Below are positions 1 to 12,829 of a DNA stretch of 64,000 bases, one piece after another. The notes beneath the pieces are model-generated. The model saw only the letters and a program-made list of their open reading frames with translations. It ran no database searches and was not told the DNA's origin. Position 1 is the first letter of the stretch. Each line of letters opens with the position of its first letter. The position numbers and the translations under genes were made by a program. The stretch covers positions 80,662,001-80,726,000 of the forward strand of contig OX597831.1 in the NCBI GenBank assembly GCA_951406725.2, given 5' to 3'. The stretch is from Octopus vulgaris (lineage: Eukaryota).

Positions 1-57
<57 letters not shown>

Positions 58-72
58 ACACACAGACACACA
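1..72. repeat. (CA)n microsatellite
   Basis: Direct reading. Confidence 0.97.
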
Positions 73-181
73 GGCATCCATCTAAATACACATGGGCTAA
101 CCAGCTAGATATGATAACCAAGATAGGTATGTAGGTGGATAGAAAGGTAGGTGGATAGATACACAGATAGAGAGGTGGATA

Positions 182-548
182 GGCGTGGCTGTGTGGTAAA
201 AAGCTTGCTCCCCAACCACATGGTTCTGGGTTCAGTCCCACTGCATAGCACCTTGGGTATGTGTCTTTTACAATAGCCTCAGGCTGACCAAAGCCTTGTG
301 AGTGGATTTGGTAGATGGAAACTGAAAGAAGCCCATCGTATATTTATGCATGCATTTACGTGTGTGTCTGCATTTGTTCCACCAGAATTGTTTGTCAAGT
401 TACAGGGACGGTGCTGGTGTGTTTATGTCCCTGTAACTTAGCAGTTTGGCAAAAGATAGAATAAGTACTAGGCTTACAAGGAATAAGTCCTGGGGTCAAT
501 TTCTTTGACTAAAACTCCTGAAATGACTGAAACAAATAAAAGTATAAA
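182..548 (+). mobile_element. tRNA-derived SINE, family A
   Basis: Head GGCGTGGCTGTGTGGTAA..GGGTTCAGTCCC (A/B-box-like), body GCCTTGTGAGTGGATTTGGTAGAYGGAAACTGAAAGAAGCCC, tail ATGACTGAAACAA. About 20 full or partial copies in the window (e.g. near 11510, 16790, 26000, 28660, 34905, 44240, 50120, 57790). Confidence 0.85.
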
Positions 549-958
549 AGAATTTATGTACATATGTATATATTTTCCCCAACTTGATGGGCATAAAACA
601 ACATGACAGCCTAAACTCAGGACTTTTAGCGAGACACCACTTTATGTATGGCTGTACCTGATGTGACCCAAACTGCAAAATGGATGCTCCACAACATGTT
701 GAATGGAGTGACTCACTCATAAGGGACAGTAGCAGGAGGGGTTGAAATTATTGTTGTATAAAATAAGGATTAATACCAAATCCATCTTCTGGTTACTTAA
801 TTACCACTATCTCAACTAACACTGTGGAATTCCTGAAGTAGATCCAATGGAAATACATCCCAACTGCTGATGACACCAGGTAGCCCCAAACTGTGCCAGT
901 GTGCCACTCAACACTTCAACACACTATTCAACATTTACCCATTAGTCCATAATATTAA

Positions 959-1005
<47 letters not shown>

Positions 1006-1021
1006 TATATATGTATACATC

Positions 1022-1410
1022 AGAGGCACAGTGGCCCAGTGGTTAGGACAGTAGGCTTGTGGTCGTAGGATCACGGTTTTGATTCCCAGACCGGCCATTG
1101 TGAGTATTTATTGAGTGAAAACACCTAAAGCTCCAAGAGGCTCTGGCAGGGGGTGGTGGTGCCGAACCCTGCTGTACTCTTTCACCACAACTTTCTCTCA
1201 CTCTTACTTCCTGTTTCTGTTGTACCTGTATTTCAAAGGGCCACCCTTGTCACACTCTGTGTCACGCTGAATCTCCCTGAGAACTACATTAAGGCTATAC
1301 GTGTCTGTGAAGCGCTCAGCCATTTGCACATTAATTTCACGAGCAAGCCGTTCCGTTGATTGGATCAAGTGGAACCTCATCATCGCAACCGATGGAGTGC
1401 CACGACAACG
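1022..1410 (+). mobile_element. tRNA-derived SINE, family D
   Basis: Head GGCACAGTGGCCCAGTGGTTAGG..GGTTTTGATTCCC. Matching copies at 29655-30030 (-) and 61675-61980 (+). Confidence 0.85.
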
Positions 1411-1413
1411 ATA

Positions 1414-1822
<409 letters not shown>

Positions 1823-3289
1823 CAGTCGAGACTCCGGCACTTGGGCTGTTGGACTTATCCTGAATATAAATTTAGTAAAAGGAACCTGTATTTTTCAAGC
1901 TGATTTCATTTCTGCCAACACTGACTTCAAGAATGGAATTGCAGCCAATAACTCGGGCTCCTTTTATTAATCCTAGTTGTTGTTCATTTATTTTCGTTTG
2001 GCATCTGGCGGTCATCTTAGAGGTGCCCTGTATCAAAAACTATCATCCGTGGCAGACGTTCTTTCGACATCGTCCAAACGCTCCTGACTCGGGCTCAGAA
2101 TTTACATTCCCAGTTGCTATCTATAATCGTAAGAATTAAAAGTAATTCAAATTCAATGTTTTCTTGAAAAAATAAATTTCTATAGAGATTAGGATTTAAA
2201 TTCCAATCTGTGAGAAGTTTCCGTTCTACAATATTCTTAAAGAAACAAAACTTTATCCAACAACTCGGGTTAATACGACCGAGCCTGGTAGGTGTAAAAG
2301 ACTAACTGGTATCTCTTGTCAAGAGTACAGGCGACAGTCAGATCGGTGATGCTTGTCTTTATTTCATTACTGTTGTTTTGTGTGTCTGAATGTAAAGAAA
2401 AGTTGTGTTTTGCATGGTTGCTTTATTTTTTACCCTAGAAATGGAGAAAGACATAGTGCTAGATATAAAAAACAAGCCATTTGGGGCGAGAAATGTTGTG
2501 GAAAAACGTGCAATTCTTTGAGCAGGCATGTGTCTTATGTGAAATTTGTGATTAGCCTGAGTGATGAAATCAGTGATTAGCCCAAGTGACATATATATAT
2601 CAATAGAGAGAGAGAGAGAGATGTAGGTAGACTGGTGGATAGTTACATTGACAAATAAGTAGATTGGAAAATAGATAGTTGACCAGCAAGATACACACAC
2701 ACCTATCAATCTTTGTGAATATATATAAATATATATATAAATATATATATATATATATTCGCACACATATGTATATGCATCGTTATTATCATTGTTTTAT
2801 GTCCACTTTCCATGCTAGCTTGGGTTGGATGGCTTGTGAAGGTCTGAATCAGCACACACACACACTTACTTATATGAGGGGCAGGGTTTGATTCCTTGTG
2901 GAGGCTTGCTGGCCACATTTTGCCATCTTCTAAAAAGTAGTCACCTGATTTCCTAACCTATCTTCGCAGTCTCCCCACATTTGTGAATTCCTTTATTTTT
3001 ATAGAATACTGACACATGTGCTGCTTATAAGTTTGTTTCAAATATATTTACATAAATATACACACACACACACACATACATCTATAATGTATATATATAT
3101 ATATATTAATTACAGGATTCATTAGAATCTAGGTGCATCAAAAGTAGGGTGCCAGGACTGGCTGGGTACCCTACCATTTAGTCCACAGTAAGGTAAAACA
3201 GCCATTAAGTGTCTTTTGTTGATAGTATACCACAGATATGTATGTGAGTGTGTGTGTGTGTGTGGTGTATATATATATATATATGTTGA

Positions 3290-3600
3290 TGCCAGCGTTG
3301 AGTTTACGATCGTGAGGTTGTGAGCTCGAATCTTGGACCGGGCTGTGTGTTGTGTTCTTGAGCAAGACACTTTATTTCACATTGCTCCAGTTCACTGAGC
3401 TGTAGAAATGAGTTGCGACGTCACTGGTGCCAAGCTGTATCAGCCCCTTTGCCTTTCCCTTGGATAACATCAGTGGAGAGGAGAGGTTGGTATGCATGGG
3501 TGAATGCTGGCCTTCCATAAACAACCCTGCCCGGACTTGTGCTTAGGAGGGTAACTTTCTAGGTGCAATCTCATGGTCATTAATGACCGAAGGAGGTCAG
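3290..3600 (+). mobile_element. SINE family E (degenerate tRNA head, CORE-like central block)
   Basis: TTGAGCAAGACACTTTATTTCACATTGCTCCAG block also at 13503 and, degenerate, near 52010. Confidence 0.65.
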
Positions 3601-3610
3601 GAGGTCTCAT

Positions 3611-3652
<42 letters not shown>

Positions 3653-3654
3653 TT

Positions 3655-4400
3655 CATCCTGTAAATAATGTGGTTTTATATACTTTTATTTTTCAAAATT
3701 AAGATAAACAAAGTTCTTTTTTAATCTAAAATATACTCTCCTTCATTTTCTACAATGCTCTTCCATCTATCTGGTAGACTTGCAAGGCCTCTCTTTCAAA
3801 ATTCACTTATCTGTGACAAAAAATACTCCTCTACTACTGTTCTGACCTTGTCTACAGAATTCAGATTTTTTCTGTCCAAATGATTTTGAAGACTGCAGAA
3901 TAAATGATAATCAGATGGGACAATGTCTGGCATTGGAATGTCATCCTTGCTGTATGTGGCCAAGTATTATCCTGATGGAAGAACACCTTTAGTCTTGAAA
4001 CTAAAGAAGGTCATTTTTCTTCTAGCGCTGACTTCAGCCGCTCAAGCTGTTCACAGTAGATCTCCCTTGTTATTGTTTGGTTTGTGTTTAAAAGTTCAAA
4101 GTCGACTAAACCTTTCATATCCCACCAAACAGATAACAACACCTTACGTGGGTGAAGACCTTCTTTAGCCTGGGGTGCTGCTGTTTGTCCTTTCCCTACC
4201 CACTGTCTTTGGCACTTGACATTTTTATAGAGAACCCATTTCTTGTCACCATTCACTATTCAGTTCGAAAAAAGGCTCACCTGTGAGACGTAACAGCTAA
4301 GAAGGGCACAAATTCACTCTGCATGCAATTACACTCGGAAAGTTTGTGAGGAATCCATTGACTGAATTGTTGACTTTTTCGATGGCACACAGGTGTTGAT
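3655..4400 (-). mobile_element. Degenerate mariner transposase remnant
   Basis: Minus-strand peptides KWVLYKN, LHPRKVLLSVWWD..ITREIYCEQLERL, WIPHKL and PDIVPSDYHLF match mariner WVPHEL and YSPDLAPSD motifs; frameshifted and deleted. Confidence 0.9.
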
Positions 4401-4409
4401 GAATGGTTG

Positions 4410-4642
4410 GGCCTAAGATCACAATGCTGTATGTAAAGTAAATATAACAAATAATCCAGAATCCTTGTCCGGCACCGGATCAGTCCCAAAATCTAATCAA
4501 TTAATGCCAGTCATGAGGCCAAACATCCTTGAAAGTTTCATCCAAATCCATCCAGTGGTTCTTCGGATATTTTGTCCATGGACAAACAAACAAACAAACA
4601 TGACTGAAAACAATACCTCCGCCTTAGCGAAGGCAGAGGTAA
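4410..4642. mobile_element. Partial non-autonomous repeat G (Helentron/HINE-like)
   Basis: Ends in palindrome ACCTCCGCCTTAGCGAAGGCAGAGGT; longer copy at 24397-24730. Confidence 0.55.
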
Positions 4643-4679
4643 AAAAATATACAGTACAGTTTCTAATTTACAGATTTTA

Positions 4680-4737
4680 ACACCTATCGCAGGGGTTTTT
4701 GGAACATAACACCTGCAATAGTCGAGGGATTACTGTA
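4680..4737 (-). mobile_element. Tigger/pogo-like MITE end
   Basis: Minus strand reads TA-CAGTAATCCCTCGAC, a typical pogo/Tigger terminus; other end not found. Confidence 0.4.
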
Positions 4738-4743
4738 TATATA

Positions 4744-4791
<48 letters not shown>

Positions 4792-4984
4792 GATGTCTAT
4801 TCTGATATTTCACTTTGGCATAGTGATACCAATAACCTGGCGTTGGAACTTGATAGGCATTTACTTCAGGACAAAGCATCGGTTGAGTGCAGAGCAGTAA
4901 CGAGGAATTAGAAAGACAAAGGAATAAATAATTATGTTTGCTGTTCATAGCAATTGCTTATTCTTTTGTCTTTCTAATTTCTTA

Positions 4985-5385
4985 TATCTATCTATATGTC
5001 TGTCTATCTCCCTATCTCTCTATCTATCTACTCTCTATTTATCTATCTATCTATCTATCTACCTGTCTATCTATCTGTCTATCTATCTACCTATCTATCT
5101 ACCTATCTATCTGTCTATCTATCTACCTATCTATCTGTCTATCTATCTACCTATCTATCTACCTATCTATCTACCTACCTACCTACCTACCTACCTACCT
5201 ATCTACCTACCTATCTACCTACCAATCTACCTACCTATCTACCTACCTACCTATCTACCTACCTATCTACCTACCTATCTATCTATCTACCTATCTACCT
5301 ACCTATCTATCTACCTATCTACCTACCTACCTACTTACCTTCCTACCTACCTACCTACCTACCTATCTATCTGTCTGTCTTTCTG
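4985..5385. repeat. (TATC)n/(TACC)n microsatellite
   Basis: Direct reading. Confidence 0.95.
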
Positions 5386-5397
5386 TGTATATATATA

Positions 5398-5792
5398 TCT
5401 TTATATATAAAAGTGAAGTTGTGTGTCTGTCTCCTACGATTTAGATTCCTAACTACTCCCACATTTTGCGGTGCAGTGTAACCAAAAGCGGGTATCTTAT
5501 AGTCGTGATTCATATCGAGCCCTTCTGGGTATTAGCGCGCGTCTATGATGAGTCTACGATTTATAAAAAAATTTACCATAATTTTTTCCCATTTTTAATG
5601 CCTTTTTTTGCTATTATATAAGGGAAGTAACTCTCTAAAAATGTATTATTAAATCTCAGAACGTAAAAAGCTACAGTAACACCTCCCTTTGTGGTTAGCC
5701 ATATTGAGATGGCTATTATACTTTACATCTCTAAAAATGCTTATATAGTTATTTCCCTTACAAACCCGAGCAACGCTGGGCGATACTGCTAG
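5398..5792 (+). mobile_element. Non-autonomous Helitron
   Basis: 5' A|TCTTTATATATAAAA, 3' hairpin CCCGAGCAACGCTGGG, then CTAG|T; inserted between A and T. Confidence 0.8.
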
Positions 5793-5814
5793 TATATATA
5801 TATATGTATATATA

Positions 5815-6198
5815 TTCTCTCTTTTACTCTTTTACTCTTTTACTTGTTTCAGTCATTTGACTGCGGCCATTGTGGAGCACCACCTTTTAGTACTTATTCT
5901 ATCGGTTGTCTTTTTGCCGAACCGCTAAGTGACGGGGACGTAAACACACCAGCATCGGTTGTCAAGCAATGCTAGGGGGACAAACACAAACACAGACACA
6001 CAAACACACACATATACATATATATACATATATACGACAGGCTTCTTTCAGTTTCCGTCTACCAAATCCACTCACAAGGCATTGGTCGGCCCGGGGCTAT
6101 AGTAGAAGACACTTGCCCAAGATGCCACGCAGTGGGACTGAACCCGCAACCGTGTGGTTGGTTAGCAAGCTACTTACCACACAGCCACTCCTGCGCCT
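5815..6198 (-). mobile_element. SINE family A, near full length
   Basis: Reverse complement of family A, with (GTAAAAGA)n tail. Confidence 0.88.
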
Positions 6199-6761
6199 AT
6201 ATATATACATATATATATATATGTATAGATATTTTTATATTATATTTAGACATTTAGTTCAATTTAATCCAGTTTTGCCAAACTTAAGGCATTTATATGT
6301 GTGTCTACACCCACGTGTGTGTCTATATGTGTCTGTCCACGTGTCTATTTAAGTGTCTTTATGCGTCTGTGTCTGTGCAGGGTGAAAGAGAAAAGAGACA
6401 AGCAGGCAGACAGGCTGATATTGAAAATATTGGTTTCAAAGTAGGCGGCAGCTATTAATAAATCATGCGTGCACTTGTGTATAAACATGCACGCATAACT
6501 GCATGTATGCGTTCATATAAATACACATATATAGTTGTGCATGAGTTTGTGTGTTGTGTGTGTGTGTGTGTGTGTGTCAAAACCTTGCAAAAAAATCAGA
6601 AGCTGATTCTTTCTGATCATCAAATCCCCGAGCGTTACGTAACTTAAAAAACGGAACAGCTGAAGAGGATGGTGATGCCGAGAGGTATATATAGGAAGTG
6701 GAAGATGAGGATGAGAGACTGGGTGGGGAGAGGGAGAGGGTGAGAAAGGTAGAGACCAAAA

Positions 6762-6891
6762 TAGAGAGAGAGAAAACAAGTCTGAGAGAAAGAGAGAGAG
6801 AGAGAAAACAAGTCTGAAAGAGAGAGAAAACAAGTCTGAGAGAGAGAGAGAAAAAAAACAAGTCTGAGAAAGAGAGAGAGAGAAAACAAGT

Positions 6892-6928
<37 letters not shown>

Positions 6929-6933
6929 CAAGT

Positions 6934-6972
<39 letters not shown>

Positions 6973-7009
6973 CATGTCTGAGAGAGAGAGAGAGAGAGAG
7001 AGAGATGTC

Positions 7010-7056
<47 letters not shown>

Positions 7057-7300
7057 AAACAAGTCTGAGAGAAAGAGAGAGAGAGAGAGAGAAAACAAGT
7101 CTGAGAGAAAGAGAGAGAGAGAGAGAAAACAAGTCAGAGAGAGAGAGAGAGAGAGAGAAAACATGTCTGAGAGACAGAGAGAGTGAGAAAAGAAACAAGT
7201 CTGAGAGAGAGAGAGAGATTGAGAGAGAAAACATGTCAGAGAGAGAGAGAGAAAACAAGTCAGAGAGAGAGAGAGATCGATATACATAGAGAGAGGGAGA
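6762..7300. repeat. Minisatellite: GAAAACAAGTCT + (GA)n units
   Basis: More than a dozen recurrences of AAAACAAGTCT or AAAACATGTCT separated by variable GA runs. Confidence 0.93.
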
Positions 7301-7842
7301 GCTAGAGAAAGAGAGAGTTAGAGAGCAAGTGAAAGAGACCTGTATAGTAGATGAGGAAGCGACAGGGTGGAGGGGGGGGCGATAGTCTTTAGCTGATCAA
7401 TCGGCCTTTAATCAGTTGAATGTTCGATATTGTATAGGCTGATATTATTGGAGTGGTTGTAGACAAGCCGACGGAGGAGGAGGAGGTTTCCATAGCCGAA
7501 GCCAAAATGTAGCATCAATCACCATCATCACTTCCACTTACACCTCTACATCATCATCGTTATTATTATTATTATTAGTGTTGTTGTTGTTGGTGTTATG
7601 GGATGAGCTGGCAGAATGGTTGCAGCACTGGGCAAAACGTTTATCCGTGTTTCATCCATCTTTATGTGCTGAGTTCAAATTCTGCTGAGGTTGAGTTGCT
7701 TTTCATCCTTTCAGGTTTAATAAAATAAGTACCAGTCAACTACTGGGGGGGTTGATGTAATCAACTTTTCCCATTCCTCGAAATTTCTGGCCTTGTGTAA
7801 AAATTTGAAACCATCATCATCATCATCATCATCATTATTAAT

Positions 7843-8237
7843 GTGGCAAGCTTGGAGAATCGTTAGCATGCTGGATTAAATGCTTAGCGGTATTTTGTCT
7901 GCCACTACGTTCTGAGTTCAAATTCTGCCGAGGTCGACTTTGCCTTTCATCCTTTCGGGATTGATTAAATAAGTACCAGTTACGCACTGGGGTCGATATA
8001 ATCGACTTAATCCGTTTGTCTGTCCTTGTTTGTCCTCTCTGTGTTTACCCCTTTGTGGGTAATAAAGAAATAGGCATTTCGCCTGTTGCTACGTTCTGAG
8101 TTCACATTCCGCCGAGGTTGACTTTGCTTTTCATCCTTTCGATGTCAATTAAATAAGTACCAGTTATGCAATGGGGTCGATGTAATCGACTTAATCCCTC
8201 CTCCCAAATTTCAGGTCTTGAGCTTCCAGTTGAAAGG

Positions 8238-8240
<3 letters not shown>
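7843..8240 (+). mobile_element. SINE family B, dimeric
   Basis: Head with TTCTGAGTTCAAATTCYGCCGAGG; core GCCTTTCATCCTTTCGGGGTCGAT..AAGTACCAG occurs twice; ends in (ATT)n. Many more copies (7600, 9915, 16330, 23925-25905, 31178, 33545-34420, 42755, 43595-44150, 44718, 52160-52610). Confidence 0.85.
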
Positions 8241-8276
<36 letters not shown>

Positions 8277-8289
8277 GTTATTATTTATC

Positions 8290-8436
8290 TTTTTAAAAAG
8301 TTGTTTATTTTAAAAGATTTATTTATCTATATTTATCATTTCATTATTATATGTAAACCCCCCAAACTTTATATCTGTCTCTGTATTGTCCCCCTCATCT
8401 TTCACTCTCGTGGCAAATAAATGATATTATTATTAT
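8290..8436 (+). mobile_element. Short 3' end of a Tx1-like LINE
   Basis: Ends CTCGTGGCAAATAAATGAT(ATT)n, resembling the terminus at 9862-9885; flanked by (ATT)n. Confidence 0.45.
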
Positions 8437-9885
8437 TGGACAGGCGGACCCGTTAAACTGCTCGGGGTCTGGTTCGGTCCGGACCTCCAGGTGGATAAAA
8501 ACTGGGAAGAAGTGATGAGCAGGGTGGCACGTTTCACCCAGAAATGGGCCGAGAGGAAGCTGTCCCTGAAAGGTCGAGCAGAGGTGGCGAATGCGTACAT
8601 CGCATCCGTCATCTATTACCGCTTGACCGTCGTCCCTTGTCCCAACCGCTCGTTGGTCAAGCTGGTACGCCTGCTCTTCGACTTTTTGTGGAAGGGTCAG
8701 GTGCCACTGGTCAGGCGATCCATCTGCTGTCAACGACCGCTGAATGGAGGCCTTGGCATGCCGTGGTTACTGATGCGCAGACATGCACTCAAGCTACGAC
8801 ATATCAAGCGTTTCCTAGACGGTGAACAGGTGTGGTCGTCCTTTGTCTGACGCGACTTTCCGCAGCTCGTCTCTTTGACAGAGCTGCAGAAACGTAGACC
8901 GAGAAAGGGCACATGACACCTCGAGTGCCGTCAAGCTCTCTCTGCCCTCCGCCAAGCGGGCAATGCGATCGGTAGTAGTTCCACTCTAGCGTTCTATAGA
9001 AGGTTAGTGGAAGAAAAGTGCGACGACGTTCTCGGGGAAACTCTAGGCGTTGATGATAATGAGCTGAGCGGTCTGTTCGGAAGGACTTTCGGGCCGGAGC
9101 CAATGGATAATTTCCAGAGGTCGCTCGCCTGGCAGTGCTACCGAGGCGCTCTGCCTGTTCGGGATAAACTCTACCAGCACGGAAGTGCCGTCAGACGGGC
9201 CTGCCCAAGATGCTGCCAGGACGACGAAACCGTTCTGCACGCGCTCGTCCAGTGTCCGAGTATTTGTGAACTATGGGCTTATGTCGAACAGCTACTGTTG
9301 CGTATAGGATGGATCCGGCTATCGGCTGAATCCATAGTGAAGATTGCCCCGCCGACCTCCTTTAACCGGGAGGGCAAGGCAGTTTTCCTTTGCCTATTGG
9401 CTGTAGCGAAAGAGGTTGTATGGTGGACCCGTTTGAAAGGGCTAAGGTCAAACACTTTCCTCTTTGGTCAAGGCCTCATCAACTTTTTCAAGTTCCACTT
9501 GAAAAGGAAGATGAGAGTAGAGAGGGAAGTGCTGTCCGATAGCAAGTTTAGTGAAAGGTGGATAAATGTCGCAAGAATGGCCAGTATGAAAGGAGCCATT
9601 CTGAGGTTACACCTGTGATTTAAAAAGGTATTACAAAAGGAGAAAGGGGCTCTCTACCCCCCCCCACTTGACCAGGCTCCCGTCGGCTTTTATGGGTTTT
9701 TCCATCAGGAACCTTTCGTAACGCCTCCCCCTATTGGGAGTTTCTCATTGTCATAATCTTGTGTTGTTAAACTGTTTTTTACTCGATTTTACAAACAGAC
9801 AAAACCCTCTGTAACCTTTCACCCTGTTTTGTCCCTTTATGTGATAATTGATTTTTGTCAGCCCTTGTGGCCAATAAAAGAATTA
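8437..9885 (+). mobile_element. 5'-truncated Tx1/L1-clade LINE (ORF2 C-terminus + 3' UTR)
   Basis: KLLGVWF, W..RKLSLKGR, FLW..GGLG and zf-RVT-like CPRC..ETVLHAL..CP; in-frame stops; (ATT)n on both sides. Confidence 0.92.
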
Positions 9886-10142
9886 TTATTATTATTATTA
9901 TTAACATTCTTATTAAGGTGGTGAGCTGGTGGAATTGTTGGAACGCTGGGCAAAATGCTAAGTAGCATTTTGTCTGTCTTTACGTTCTGGGTTCAAATTC
10001 TGCCGAGGTCGACTTTACCTTTGATCCGTCATGGGTGTGGGGTAAGAATTTTTGCTTCTCAGTCTCATGGCTCTGGGTTCAATCCTATTGCGTTGCACCT
10101 TGGGCAAGTGTTTTCATGCATACTGAATAATCTAAAGCTTAA

Positions 10143-10266
10143 CCTTTCATAAGTCCCAAGATATTCTGGTGATTGCAAAAAATGGGAATGTGTATCCTAT
10201 ATGATGCATGGACATCAGGGCAATATGTCTTGTGTATCATATGCGATACATAGGACAGGCAAAGGG
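10143..10266. mobile_element. piggyBac-like MITE
   Basis: TTAA|CCTTT...AAAGGG|TTAA; related ends near 11170, 12760 and 31830. Confidence 0.5.
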
Positions 10267-10464
10267 TTAAATCTACCCCAGTATGTTACTGGTACTTCAT
10301 TCATCAACCCCAGAAGGACGACAGGTAATGTTTGTCATAGTCTTCTATTATAATTCCAGTGACCTCAAAGAAGTCGTATTGCAATAATAACTGTTTGCTT
10401 GTCCAAATGTCCAAAGCATTTTCAAACATCCATGCTTGTTTTCAGACTTTTAGTTCGTCCCTTA

Positions 10465-10660
10465 TTTAGTTAGTTAGTTAGTTTTTTGGCTCAAAAAGCA
10501 AAAAAGCAAGGCCATGTAGGGGGACATTGAGTTATGTACAGGGTGGTGTTCATGTAAAGAGTTCAGGCCACTTGTGGTCAAGGGAGACTTTGAACTGAGC
10601 GGTCATCGGCATCTTCACCATCTCGTCTGGCAGCTTATTCCACGGATCCGCAACCTGGAT
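10465..10660 (-). mobile_element. CR1-clade LINE 3' end
   Basis: Minus strand VADPWNKLPDEMVKMPMTAQFKVSLD, then a 3' UTR and (CTAA)n tail; second copy at 60297-60458. Confidence 0.8.
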
Positions 10661-11691
10661 GGAGTTTCATACGTTCTGAGTAATCTAAAGTTTTCCTTTC
10701 ACAAGTCCCAAGGTGGACTTTGTCTTTTACACTTCTGGCTTCAATTAAATAAATATCAGTTACATACAATAATGAAATGATAAATAAAAATAAATAAATT
10801 TTTTAAATTTTTAAATAAAAAATAAATAATAATAATGATCCTTTCTCAAATTTGGTGTGAGGGATTAAGACCATTGAAACAAATTGTGAATGCCTATTGT
10901 ATATGATGCATGAACACTAGGGAAGTAAATCCTGTTTTATCATAGCTGATACATACAACAGGTGAAGCATTAAAGTGGGTGAGAGAATGCATCAAAGCCA
11001 AATTATTCTGAGTCTAAATTGCAATATTTACCTCTCAGACTGGGGTGTTATTTGTCCAGGTGTTGTAAACCCACAAAATTCTTTTAAAGCAAGACTAGAA
11101 GTCCCAAGTTACTCTGCTGGTTGAGACAATTGGAAATGTGTACTGCATTCGATAAACAGGGCAGGCAAAGGGTTAAAACACTGGTGGTGTGATTTGAGTA
11201 AGATTTGGCTGCTATTTCTAGCATGTCAAGTCAAGCTTCCTTGTTGACTCATTCTTCTTTTGTATTTTGTTTGGCCAATGATATTTATGTCAGCTTCACC
11301 TTTAAACTTCCAACTATTTCATTGTGTGTCCCAGAAAACTACCTCCACCATTGTTTATTGTTTACATTTCATGAATGTTACAAGCACCTCTGTTCTTTGG
11401 GATTTTGTTGCCGCTTAGGTATGCCATCCACGTCACTCTAGATTCCTGTGTCTGCCTGTCTTCCGGGTGATTTGTCCTTCAAACGAATTTCATTGTTTAA
11501 TGTTTCCGAAGGTGCAGACGCGGCTCAGCGGTTAAGAAACTTGCTTCCCAGCCGTGTGGTCTCTGGTTCAGTCCCATTGTGTGACAACTTGGACAAGTGC
11601 CTTCTACCATGGCTCTGCACTGACCAAGACCCTCTCAGTAAATGTGTTAGACAGAAACTAAAAGAAGCCCATCATGTGTGTGTGTGAGTGT

Positions 11692-11975
11692 ATGGCCTCA
11701 CTGAGGAAATGACAAAGGACCAGGAGGTGTGGCAGTTTGCTGGACTTAATGTGTCAAGCTAAGTAGGGATCACTGTCTTCCACGCATACAGGATTGTCCT
11801 TCAGGTACCAGTGGCACGTAAAAAAGCGCCTAGCAGACTCTGTTAAGTGGTTGGCACTAGGAAGGGCATCTGGACATAGAAACCATGCCACAACAGACAA
11901 TTGGAGTCTGGCCAGCTCCATGTCAAGGCATCCAGCCGATGCCAGAGGACGTTAAACAATGATGATGATGATGAT
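11692..11975 (+). mobile_element. RTE LINE 3' end (repeat family C)
   Basis: GLTEEMTKDQEVWQFA matches the ORF end at 41500; followed by AGGAAGGGCATCC..GACGTTAAAC(GAT)n. Confidence 0.7.
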
Positions 11976-12829
11976 GTTATATAAGGCAGTAATGCTGGTG
12001 ACATGTAAAAGACACCCAGTATAATCTCTGTGGAGTGGTTGGTGTTAAGAAGGGCATCCAGCCGTGGACTGGAACCTGGGGTCAGCTTACCAGCTCCAGT
12101 CAAACCATCTGAACCATGCCAGGATGGAAAATGGACATTAGATGTTGATGATGATGGTGATGTTGCATATATGTATGTATACAGACATCTCAGAAGTAAA
12201 TAGACACCATCATTATCAAGATTTGTTTCTAGGGACAAAATAATGTCATTTGACTCTTTTTAATACGGAACCTAGTATTTAGTAGACATGGTTAGTGCAG
12301 TTTTTATTGATTTAAATTTGCGTGTGTGTGTGGGGGGGGGGAGGCATCACACTAACGAAGTGTCTGCCCAGATACAACAGTAGAATGAGGGGTGTCTATT
12401 TACTTTTGAGGTGTGTGTATGTGTGCATACATGGAAGTTGGATGTTAGATGAAGGTGATAGTGATGATAATTTAAGAAACGAATGTCCTAATTTAAAAAC
12501 AATGATTCTTTAATTCTTTTGATTCATTATCACTTTTTAATGAGAAATATTTTAACTGGTCAACCTGGCCCAAATATTCCACCCGTTTTAGGTTGAAACT
12601 GGTCATATCTGGCCTCTCACACCAACTTAAAACAATATCATTCTGAAGAAATTGACAGTTACCTCATCAAAATCTCAAAGCTCTGAGATAATACATGATT
12701 AATTCAAAACGAAGTGAATAAATACGGATTACTTTTGAGAGAATAATGTGAAGGTAACGGGTTAAAGAAATTTATTGAAAATACTTAATGAAATTGATAA
12801 ATAACAATAAAAATTCTCTCCTAGTTTAG

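Noticed and set aside
182-260. SINE heads as tRNA genes
   Set aside because: They have A/B boxes but no complete cloverleaf and continue into SINE bodies.
1823-2580. Complex unique-looking block, possibly a transposon remnant or exon
   Set aside because: No recognisable protein motif, termini or second copy in the window.
6762-7300. CRISPR-like repeat-spacer appearance
   Set aside because: Spacers are pure (GA)n, repeats are only 12 bp, no cas genes, eukaryotic context.
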